Positions 51,990-64,000 of a stretch of 64,000 nt of DNA are shown here, piece after piece. The position numbers and the translations under genes were made by a program. How positions within the stretch are numbered: position 1 is the stretch's first letter; the number at the start of each line of letters is the position of its first letter. This DNA is from Tubulanus polymorphus (lineage: Eukaryota; Animalia; Nemertea): assembly GCF_964204645.1 (NCBI RefSeq), contig NC_134025.1:13020001-13084000 (forward strand), in the 5' to 3' direction. Under the pieces are notes generated by a model. It saw nothing but the letters and a program-made list of their open reading frames with translations, was not told the DNA's origin and did no database searches.

Positions 51990-54900
51990 CTGCAACGAAT
52001 ATGGAGGAGACTGCTCGGATTATTCTTTCCATTCGATAAATTAGTATCCTTACTGTTTACTTGTCACAAATGACATTGCAGAATAAAAGCACTAGGAGTT
52101 AGAACTATGCCCTCTAATCTATCGAAATCGCACAATTGAAGTTGAAGCTAAAATCTATTCAATTGTGAGATGTAATGGTAGCCCCTAACGGTGCTCAACG
52201 TAGGTTCTAACTAAATCTAAAACTGTATAAGAATCTATCATGCGTATAATAGTCATATGCAATAACGGATTAAAGGATTGGATGGTCAGAATAACCTTCT
52301 TCAATTTTACAAGACTATTATTTTCTTTGGATAACAATGAACCAGAAACTCTGATGAGATAGAAGGGATGGAACGTGAATATTTTTGCAATCTTTTTAGG
52401 CGAACTGCAATATATCAGATGTTTAAAAAAGCGGCAACTTCAAAAGCGACGTTATTTCCCTCAAAAATTGACCTGCCGTTGCCATGGTGATTTTATATGA
52501 CAGATGTCAATCATCGTAATAGATGGCCCGGACGGCTGACTAATACACAAATCACATGAACAGGCCATCTTATTTTTCATGAATGTATCGCTTATCGATG
52601 CGATCCAGCAGAAAATCTGCTAGAAAGTATCATTTTCATCGCGTGGCACCAAACTACCTGAACGCGGATGAGTGAGTAATCCGGAATAAATTCAGCCAGG
52701 AGAAAAACCGACTACGATGATCGTTGTCTGCCAGCAGCACTTCCTCCCCCGATACAATATAACCCTTGTTTTATCCACTTCCTATGGCATTTGCATATTT
52801 TACGAAAAACCATCTGCTCCGGCCGTTTCTGAGGAAATATGAATTTAATTGCAATTACCGATTCTGTAACGCGAGCGAGCGTTGGCAGCCTGATAGCAGG
52901 GCCCGAGAATGGAGATTAGATACGTACATAGTACAGGAGTCCGACGTACGCTTTAATGGCAGACCAACTGGTTCGACAATGGCAGTAGTGCCACAGGGTT
53001 CAGTTTGCGCGGTTTTATCAATGTCAAAAAGACATGGCAGCCAACAGATTAATGGATGAAATATGACAAAATTATCACGGCAAAATATGTTTTGGCCGGC
53101 AGCATTGTGTACCTCCTGGTGATGAAGACAGTTATCCGACGACTGATAATGACTACAGGAATGACATATACAAATTTATCGAACTTTGAATTTCACGAAA
53201 TGACAACAACACAATGAATTATGAGTTCTTTTTAAAATGAAATGGTAATGAGCAAACTGAAATACCTGGACTTCTTATATCTGATAAGATTGCATAAGTA
53301 TATGTGAAAATATGGAGTGTTCAAATAATGCAATTTCCTTGGCTGCACCATAAACATAAATGTAGGAAGCCACTAAGTCTGAAGTCAAAATCTAGGTGAA
53401 ATCAATGACACTCTCATGAAACTTTGAGCAAAATGAATACATGGAGACATTGGCAAGCTAATGAAATGGATCTGGCGCATTGGAACCTGAAGTGTTGCCA
53501 TTCCCAACCCACTTTTTTACATGAACGCACTTCGTAGAAATTGATTCTCACCTTTTCGGTTATTTTCCCTGATTTGCAGTAAGGTTTTCCAGAATCAAAA
53601 TACAGTAGCCTATTTCAAGTCGCAATGTTTCAAATACTACAGCAAGGTTCAGATCTAAAACGGTTTTGAATAATGTATTCGTCTGAGTGTTTGTCTAGTG
53701 CCAGCATTCGAAAAAGTGAAAATAATAAACGCCTGAATATTTCAGTTTTGCAAACACCCATCAAAGCTTTCCATGTATCGATCAGCGATGCGTCTAAGTA
53801 TTTGGAAATAACAAAAGTCATTACTTATAAATTACAGCAGCATGAAAACCTGGTCGTTTCATAAAATCGCTCGATATATGAAGTAGTTGCTTATTCAAAT
53901 CTTGGATCCACTAGAAACAATGTAACCATGCTTGAAATAATGGATGCCGACTCTTCATGCTGCATTAATGAAATTTGCCATAGTTTTTAGAGCTAATATG
54001 CATGGGAAGAAGTGTACTAATAAAGACATAGCGAATCGTCCTGAACAAATAACTGAAGCATGGAAACAGAATGCAAAACAGCAACGATGAGAGACCATAA
54101 GAGGTAACTAAACCATTGGTAATATGTTCTCTGTTGGAAGAATGAAATGGAAAAAGACTGATTAGCGCTTTCAATTTGAACTTGTAGTTTATTGAAATCA
54201 TGGTCATAATGGAATTTCTAGAAATCATTGATGCCGCAGTTACAAATTTTTATATGAACTTGGATTGAGGTAAAATTGTAAGTCTTCATGCTTGACCATG
54301 GATTGAAAAGGAATATACATTTCAAGGGTCGGAAACTGGCTGCAGACTCGAGTGGGAAACACACAAATCCCTGCAAGTCACCGTTCCCAAGTATAGCACC
54401 GCTCTTGATTCAACTGTGAGTAAAACGCCACCACATTGACCTATTTTGCGCTGTTGAGAAAGCAACTTGGATGACCATTAGCTTAGTGGCTCTCCACTGG
54501 CTGAATTGAATGGCTGTAGGTTTCCTGTTTCCACCATGTAGAGAGGCTCTCTAAAAGCAGAGAGGAAGCAACTTGGCAGACCTATACATGGTACCTGAAC
54601 AACAAGATTGTTATAAACCTCAAACACCCACAGGTAATGAGACGACCACAATTGTAGAAAAAACCTATGCTGCATTAATGGAGATGAGAATACGTTTTAA
54701 GGAGGGCGACTGACTGATGCATCTATATAACAAAACAAATAATTCACTGTGTAGAAAAGAGGTACTGATTTCAGGGCAATCCTATCTACTTGAGGTGACA
54801 TGATTGGATACGACCAACAAACTCTACGGCAATAGCTATCGGCTATAATTTGTATAGAAAAAGGGAAAAAATTATTCAGAATTTCAAAAATCATAAGTTC

Positions 54901-57900
54901 ACTCATGTAGATTAGCCAGATTGGCCGGTGTTCCTTGAAGTTATGATCGTCTCTCAATAAAGTAATTCAAACATCAAGCGAATAAATGAATTTTCTTCAC
55001 AGTTTCATAAACAGGAGGATCATCTGAAAAATTTATTACTTTCCCGCACACTTCAAAGATGACACTTTTGTGTGATCAATGCCTGCAAAACGCGCTGTTT
55101 AATATTTCATGTTTTATTGGGATTTTCATTTTTCAATTTCACTAATTTAATACATGCTATTTCGGCGCGTATAACGAAAATGATACGCACAATGATCTGA
55201 TATGAAAAACTTCTCATCCACATCACCCAATTCACCACCCGCGATCAAGAAAGAAATGCGCCTAAAAACGTTATGTTATCCACGAATATTAAGCTGATGA
55301 TGAAAATCTGTTTGATGATACTACGCCAGTCATCCATCTGAGGAGTTGCGCCGAGCTGTGTATAGGGAATATAAGGTTTAGCATAATGTCCTGTTTTTAT
55401 TGTTTTCATCCTGTCGATATTCCGACTAATCCCTATTTTATGGCCAATATTGATATCAGGGTAGCCCGACAGTTATTCCATATCAACCTCGAAATATCTG
55501 CACTTTACGGCCAAGGCCAAGTCAACGTGGACGTAATCCTCATATTGCTCATCTTTTGGAATTAATGTTAAGCTCAATATCAATTGGATTTGATAGTGCC
55601 AAACTTCCATTACCTTTTCTTCAGGGTACGATAAAGAATGAATATGAAGTCATCAAAACTAGTCAGGTCCATCATATTTCCACAACTGTCACGATACATA
55701 GATACGTACTTATAAAGGGTGAAAATTATCTGTTAGGCATTTGACGGATCGAAAGGCTTGGCACCTTTTTTTACAAAAGGCTCAAGATCAAATAATAAAC
55801 TAGTTTAAACTATCAAAGGAGCAATCATGTCTTAAAATGAAGCCTATTTTGAATTGGAAATAGAATATTTGCTCATCCGTTGTTTCCAAGCAGCTGGTAC
55901 AACTGCCTATGATCGATGATCTCGACAAGATTTGAATTGTAGAAATGCGAATTTCAATAAAACATATTTCGATCTGCCAGTTCAAGATGTGGAAGTGATA
56001 CATGTTTTCTAAATTGGTATTGGCGCAGATGTCATTATTCGTTGTAAATGCTTCGATGTTACACGTGAAATAAATGTCTCGATCAGATGGTGTCATACGG
56101 TCATTCTATTATAGATACGACGAAAGAAAAAAAATATATAAACACAACGATATGCGATCATTAATATCATCGCATTTTCAATTCTCACCGGGACAACGTA
56201 TGTACTCGAAGGTGAAAAAAAGACCATAGTGCATGACGCAGGCAATTGACAATGATTCGTGGCAAATTCACTACTCCGAAATCATCAATCATCTTCAAGA
56301 AGAATTGAACAGCCTTGACATTGCGAGGATACCATAGCTACGAATTGAGCCGATGGTGGACCTGGTGCGTTTTACATTTTACAAATCAATCAAGTATTCG
56401 GTGATCGTTGTTTCAAATGTCCTGTTCATGTATCTATTTTCCTATACCGATGGTCAGAAGGGATTCTCCAATTGGGCAGCTTGTCAGATGCCCGCATCAA
56501 TGCTAGCTGGAATACGCTGATTAAATAAGCTCTGCTACAGTCAGGTGTTTGAATTTCAAGTAGTTGACAGTTTCCTTCCTAGAAACTACACGCACGGAAT
56601 GATATCCATGCAATTATAACCCAACTGTTCCCGTGGGCCTCATTTGTTGCCAAGACAAAAACTCAGCCGGATCTACTGTGCAGGCAGGTTGACTATGACA
56701 GTAGATGACAACTCAGATATGCTTTTTTTAAAGTAGGAATATGCTTCACAGAAAATATAGGTATCCCCCTGATGAGCACAGAACTACCAAATGATGAGCA
56801 GTGGCAGTGGTATATACAAGGGAGGCAGATGGGTTAAAAACCACTGTGGTATAATACCTCCTTAGAACCTAACATATCACTGAGCAATTGCTGTACCCTA
56901 TTGTTAATGCCAATGGCTGAATTACATGTAACAATGGATATCCTGGTAGAGTGAGCAGTCGCTCTTAGCGCTTATAAGACACAACTTCCTGTTAGTATTA
57001 CCGAACTGTTTTATATTCCATGGCTGCGCTGGGCATGTGTAGTGGTAGGTGTAACAGCAAGGTGTGAGAGATAACAACACCAATCATTTCTGACAAATCT
57101 TCACCCTGGGCAATACATCAGAGGCAGATCAACCACATTATATACCCCCTGTTCGCACAGGATTAATAGGTAACAATGACTCTATGTGACAAGTTTATAA
57201 AATGACGAAGTAAGGAGTCTGCAACTACATATACCAGATGGACTTAAAAAGTGCCCAGGCACGGAGTCTTGTAAACTTGTAAAATGATAAAAATATATTC
57301 TTTATGCGTAAATTGCGATTGAATGTGAAATATGCATTCACTGAATAGGAACCTTTTTAAAACAGCTCTTACAAAAACATGCCCAGCAAACAAAACTGTT
57401 TGTTACAAAACTTGACTATTTTGATTGCGGCGAATTTAAAGGCTCTGTTGTAGAGATATACCAGTGCCATTATCTAAAAACGTCCATTATAAGCAGAATG
57501 CCCTGGTCTTTATTTCAAAGTTATGTTTGTTTTCATTGCGCATGGAAAAAACCTATACACAAAACAACCTTTGCATAGCCAAACAGTCCAATATGCCTTC
57601 AGGTTTGCACTCCTCAAAGTTACGAATATAAGAGGCCTATTGAAAATTTAAATTGAATCAAAAATGACTTAATGAATAATTCATGACTCTAAATGCATTC
57701 GGTGTATTCAGGGGTGTTCACCCAGGTATGAATTGCATGCCAGTGATCTAGCCGAACAATTGTATACAATACTAGATTCCAACAGGACATTTTTTCTAGC
57801 AAACTTCTTAGTTAACGTAGTGACCAAGTCATGAGAACAATGAGAATAATATAATGTTATTCAATTCCTCGACACCAAAAATACATTATATCGAGTTATA

Positions 57901-58326
57901 GTAATAGTTTTCAGCATTACATTTATAATAGTGGTAAACTCAAAGGACACACACATTTTTAGTAGTGCTATTCATTTGTACCAAGATTTATTTCTCCACT
58001 TAGATATGATTTTGAATAAATAAATCAAGTGCAAAAGCGAGGACAGCATGAGTTATTGCTGGAGGCCCTGTGTTCAAAAATCAAGTAATCAAGTGCAATG
58101 GATTTTGACTTCGAGCACCTCGCAATTTATATTAGTTGTAAAGATGTCATAAGAATTAGTTTGGTGAGAAACACATTTTCAAGTCAACAATTCTCGGTGT
58201 CAGATTATGACGACTTGTAGTGAGCGCAATGACACGCTAACAAAACGCCAAAAACTAACCCACCATTGATAGCCGTCATGTTGTTAGAACTTAACCAACA
58301 GTTATGGGCATCGTAAAGCCGAAAGT

Positions 58327-58425
58327 TGACAGGTCAAGAAAGAAGATAGTGACAGCGTAGTAAAAAGGGATAATTTGTACACATTGACCGTGTGTAAGGA
58401 CTGGGTGTGAAGTAACGAATGACAG
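58327..58425. promoter_or_regulatory. Candidate enhancer: three co-oriented TGACAG in 100 bp
   Basis: Sites at 58327, 58350 and 58420. Confidence 0.35.
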
Positions 58426-61400
58426 TTGAATAACGAAGAAAACGCAACCGGAAAGATATGAGGGCAATAAAGTGACTCGATGATTGCGAGATATATTTCG
58501 CAAGGAAACTACCTTTTTCAAAAAACTTGAAATAAAACTTGCAATAGAAGCATATACATGTGCCGAGCCAGGAAATGTGATTAAAAAATGGCCAAAAAAC
58601 TCCACTTGCTTCTAACTTCAATCATTAATTCTAATTACGACACTTTTCGAGGTCTTGACAAAAAATGTAGTTCATTCTCAAGCAGCTGCATGGAGCCAAC
58701 AATTGATTAAGATATATTTCTAGTTCAATTAAAAAGTTTGATTGATTTCCTTAATTAATTAACGAAACCTACTTAAACAGGAGTTATTAACAGCTGAGTG
58801 ATTGGAGCACCTGTTTGCAAGATTGACAGTTAGTTCCTAAAAAGGGAACAGTAGTTTTCCAAGCAGTCTTATTATTAATTAAATAAGCAGGGGACCTGCC
58901 ACTATATCATTGGAGAGAGTTTTAATTATTTATGAAGTATTCCAGTGTATTTTTGATTGATTAAACTAAACTCATAAGAATTCATTGATCAAAATAGTGT
59001 ATTATAGGTGAAGGAATTTTTGATGTCCACAAACTTTAACATGTAGCAACAAAATTAATATCATTCTTCATAGAAATGGTTTTACAATATTTTTCAAATG
59101 TTCTGAGTGAATTAACGGGGTTCTCAGGGAAATGGCCACAAAGGAAGACAGAGACAGTTATGAATACAATAAAATTAGCTTCTAATTTCCTTTCAAAGAT
59201 GACTTTCTAGACTAAATCCTCTTCTGTGCAGGTTATCAAAACATTGGCCCGCCAATGCATCAGCTAATTCCATTCAACCCTAAGCAGATAGCCTGAAGAG
59301 TCAAATACCCACTGTCTCCGAAATCTTTAATGCTAATATTTGTTGAATATTGGGTGGGAGTAGTTCCAATGGCAAATGGATCTTTGCAATGTAATGTCAA
59401 TATTTTGTGAATGTGAGCGAAGCTGAAGAATCGGGCAAGCAAAGCTTTAGATCTGTTAAACTGAGCATATTTTTCTATTCAATTCAGAAGATAGACCCTA
59501 AACTACCTTTGGAATCAGATTAAATGTAATTAATGCCACTAAAGATGACAGAGCGAGATATTTATCTGAGGAGTTATTATTGAGATTGAATTTTGATATA
59601 ATGATAATATATAATACCAATACTCGAATCAATAAATCATAAACTGCAACACTGTTTTTAGTCTACGGGTTCACTATTCTATGGTGTAGTCGACGGAATA
59701 AATGGAATGTCTTAGGTTGATTTAAAGCCAGTAATAGACATCGTTCGAGCCACGGTTGATGATAATATGGGTTTTAATTTATTTCGATTAAATACACTTG
59801 ACAAATAATCTGCCAAGCTCTGATGGTAGTTTCTTGTCCAGGAATGTATATGACCTGTCACACTGCAGCCAAACAGTGACAAATGACACATTCAAATTTC
59901 CATGAGGGTTCACCAAAGAGCATCTGGCCTTTTTGTCAAACTGATACCAAAACCGTCAATACTTCAATCATTTATCATTTTCGTCTGTTATGGGGTGCGT
60001 TTTTCCAATTCCTTATTGTCAAAAGGGGCAATTTGTGGACACCGACACACCTTAAAAAACAGAGTCTCTTAAGAACTATAAGCAAAATTATCAAAAAAGC
60101 TAATTTTGTGGATGAAATATCTTTCGCCTTTTCAGATGGTTTAACCGAATTCAATATTATAGTATATAGGTCACAAGCCAGCGCTGATGAATAGTGTCGT
60201 TTTATGGGCGAAGTTTCATTGCCCAGTTAAAAGCATACGCGCACCGTAAGTTGAATGGTCCCTAAAAATGCCAACAATACAGTCATAACACACAACGCAA
60301 ATGCTTTGTCGTGCATTTTTTGTCCCATTTTGAAAACGATGACAAGTTTGATTAATACCCATCATTTAAATCAAATTAGACAGTATAAACCATGCTTTGA
60401 AAAGTGACTATTTTTACATGAGAAATAAGCCGACTTTCAATAGCATATTGTCTCAGATATAGACATGTAGTTTACCTGTATATAATCACGTCCCGAAAAG
60501 TACAATTTTAGCTTTGCTGCGTTGACCTTCTTTACAAACCCATCCTAATGGTCAGGTTAAGTGTATAACTAATGCATACTAATGCATAACGAAATAAGAG
60601 GGACACTTTAGGAGTCAAGATTTAGGTTAAAATATTGATTTATCTTAAAACCAGTTAGAAAACCTTATTTCCTTCGATTTGTTCTTTTATAGAAGAAAAA
60701 TGCATTCCGACTTGTTTTTATGTAAACCCAAAAATCAACGTATTAAGAATGGTAGTGCGATTGAAATGAATCCTATCGCAACGTGGTTGCGTCAAATTTA
60801 TTCGAAACGTCAGTAGATCTAAAAAGACCATCTTTATGGTGAGCTAACTACATTTGATATGATCACATAAGGCGATGCCAAATGCGACAAGCACATAAAA
60901 TTTAATGCCTACTCTATCAAAATATAAATGTGATTTCTGGCTTTGTGCAAACCATTTACTCAACTGACGCCATGACAATGATTAACAAATGAAAATATCA
61001 CCGAAGGAAAAGATAATGGTATACTTTCACCATATAAACGTTAACAGGTATCACTAACACAAACGCCGGCGATGTTCGTGCCCGACATTAATAAGCCTTA
61101 ACAAGCTGAAATCCGCACCAATGGTATACGGGCATATTAGCTGGTGACGGGCTTAATTAAAATATACGACAAATCAAGACGACTATTGACAAAAATCATA
61201 GCTTTCACGGCAAATGTTCACTCATAATTCGAATCTATATCCATTAATCAAAACGCGCCCGCGAACGAAACGGGAATATATTAATTTTTTTCCACGCGTA
61301 ACCGCCGAGCGATAATGATTTCATGTCTTTACCTTTGATAAATTGACATTAATCGACGAGAACTGATGCGAAAGATGGATTTGTTACTTCCAACGGGGAT

Positions 61401-63232
61401 GAGTAATTTTTTTAAATACAATTTCGAAACAAACACGAATTAAGGTGCTGTCCTTCTATGCGTTCATATCATCGTATACTTATAATCGTACAATATACAT
61501 GCAGATTTAGATGATACAAAGTTGACTTATGTAAAGCATAGATTTTACATATAAATGTGTAATTGAGACACCTGGTGCCGTTTCACTTTGATATTCATAC
61601 TTTTTTCATATTTTCGTAATTATGTTAGGCCACCATAACTGGTACATATATGCATCTACACGCACTCGGCGCAAAGTTTCCTGCGATTTGAAACAATGAA
61701 ACAATAGTTCCTTTGCAGGCAAGATCTAATCCTGCTCTTCAAGGGGCTGGAGTACCCTTCAAACCATGTTTACATGGCAGAGTTGATCACATGATTAGGC
61801 CACCCCGCTTTGTTCGTTCAGTGCGCACACTACCGTGCAGATGTATGAGGTACTTACATATCAAACATTTACGATTATTAACCCATAAAAGTTCGTAGCT
61901 GCTAGAAATTCATCAACCCGCCCATGAATGATGCCAAGTACCGAACAGAAAATGTAAGATTTCGAAGGATTTCAAATTTAGATTTTCGAATCGCGAAAGT
62001 CACAGGGAACCGAATTAAAATATTCTGGGCAGGGAAATGTCAATGTGTTTGGCAAGTCAGTTGGAGCAATATTGGCTTCATATGTTCGCCTAATTATGGT
62101 TAAAATTGACGTAGGAGCTAGTCGACATATGCTCGGTAGTATTGGAATTTTAATGAAGCTAAGTCTTCAACTACCAAGATAAAGTCTGGCGTGTTTACAC
62201 CAGCCCAGGTTGAGAGCTATGTGAACATGTGAAGTTGCTATGGAAATAAAGTGTTTGAACACTTCAGAAAGGAGACAAGAGCATCCTACCTGCAAAATCT
62301 CAGTCACTTGGTCATACTAAAATTTGAAGCGATAAAAAATTTGTTTCGAAGAGCATTAAATTGGATTTTTTCTCCGATAAGAATGCCGTTTCTCGCAGCC
62401 ACCTCCATCGACTTCAATTCAAAACTGTACGGTAGAAACGTGGCAAGCGTTAAATAATTGAGGGAACAAAATCATCTTCCAAAAGCGAATTTCTGTATCC
62501 ATTAGGAACCGGACCTGAACCAGCTCATTCTACATTTAATCAGATTTGATGATTAAACGAGTGTTACCGCTGCATGCCGACGTTGAGCTCATTGGCAAAA
62601 TTTTGAGCGAAACCATTTCTCATTGGCGATAATTCGCCTTGAAAAGTTCACGGCTCCGCCGAGAGAATCGGCAACATAGTTAAATACTCCCAAGGAACTG
62701 ACTTTGTTGATGGCAAGCACTGTGTCGGTTTCATATTTTTTGGAAGCAGCGTCAGTTCTCATTAGATTCTGTTACCTTTTATGGCATCATTTCAATTACA
62801 AGCTAATGGAACTGATAATTATTCAGTATAAAACATCGGGGCTTGGATAGGATGCAGGTAATTTCATTACAAACGCGTTTACACGTCTTCCCATCGAGTT
62901 CGCCAATGCAATTCACACCTTAGTTATCGCTTTTTACTCCGCAAAAGTGCCGAAGTAGGCAACTTTTGATACGATAGCTTACTGCATCTAGACGTAGTAG
63001 CGCTAAACTGAAGTAAAACTATTCTGTAACGCTGACAAACCATTATTGTTTAAGCAAGAGATTGGCAAGCAACACCAGTCAGACAAAATGTGCTCATCTT
63101 CATAAACTTTTGGTTACAACGACTTACTGAAATACCCTTTCCATCCAATAATCATGAAGCCCAGCGCACACGGGTAGATGCTAAGCAGTATTGTCGCTGA
63201 CGACTACTTGTCGGCCAACAAAAGTTGCCAGT

Positions 63233-63308
63233 GGCCGCGCACTAGGCGATATCTAGCGAATTAGTCACTTGCTACGAAAATCGTCTAGAAATTGCCTAGT
63301 GTGGGGCT
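63233..63308. repeat. Imperfect inverted repeat/hairpin (about 76 nt), probably a MITE remnant
   Basis: GGCCGCGCACTAGGCGATATCTAGCGA ... TCGTCTAGAAATTGCCTAGTGTGGGGCT. The arms pair over about 27 nt with a few mismatches. Confidence 0.6.
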
Positions 63309-64000
63309 GGCCATAGCCACCAGACAGATCAATGAACAATGTTTCGATGCTTTATAGCATCTTGTCGCCATCATAAGGAGCATTACTGTGGCGTGAACCG
63401 TTGAAATGGCAACCATTTTGTTGTCATTTTATGGTGAGCAATTGCATGATGCGAGTCAAGACAAATGACTGATCATAATCAACCATCTAATAGAATCTTT
63501 ATGTAGTGCATACATTCTGTAGAACCCATAAAATCAGTGCGCGCACACTTTTTGGTCATCCCCGAACAACATCTCGGGATGAATAAAGGAAGCTCGGCGA
63601 AGTTGTACCGCGCAATAAAACGAACTGCTTTCGCAGTCATTTGAGAATTGCTGGGAATATTTTGCGTTGATTATTCCGATTTTGAAACCTGGAACGAATA
63701 TATAAAGTCATAAAGACTCCCGCGGGTGGCTTTGCCACTTGAATAGCATGCAAGGAGCGAACCATCAGTACCATCAGTGAAAATATTATCCCATTCAATG
63801 TATGAAATTGAAGCCATTTCATGGTAATAGCAAACCTGGAGTGAGACACTGCACACTATGTTCACCAATGTGATTTGCATTCCTATCACCAGCGAGTTAC
63901 GAAGAACTAATCAAAACTTGATAGCTTTTACTCGAATTATTTCATTTTGATGCAATTCAGCAGTAGCATTTTTTATGTAATCATGCACCTAAAAACCCAT

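Noticed and set aside
52008-52058. Peptide SKDTNLSNGKNNPSS just upstream of the linker exon, reminiscent of Meis2 STNLADHNPSS
   Set aside because: It is in a different frame from the exon, and the exon frame has a TAA there; probably coincidence.

Overview
This is eukaryotic (animal) DNA, AT-rich at roughly 35-38% GC by eye, with no obvious CpG depletion. Almost the whole window lies inside one minus-strand gene, a Meis/homothorax/unc-62 TALE-class homeobox gene. Three coding exons are visible: 51989-51845, 31678-31530 and 25260-25184. They correspond to vertebrate Meis exons 7, 8 and 9, have the same splice phases, and encode the linker plus most of the homeodomain ([23 protein letters not shown]|[26 protein letters not shown]). 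By eye I did not find the MEINOX/HM exons or the final FINARRR exon, so they probably lie outside the window. More than 99% of the window is therefore intron. The supplied ORFs, other than the two overlapping these exons, look spurious. The introns hold a few MITE-like inverted-repeat elements, (TA)n microsatellites and short tandem repeats. The strongest unexplained signal is an excess of the Meis protein's own binding site inside its own introns: about 65 TGACAG by manual count, 11 exact TGACAGCT, and several Pbx-Meis TGATTGAC composites, often clustered. This suggests a distributed autoregulatory enhancer landscape. Two further leads are sequence routes to homeodomain-less isoforms and a 22-nt miR-1/206-like sequence with no hairpin. 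All counts are manual and need computational confirmation.
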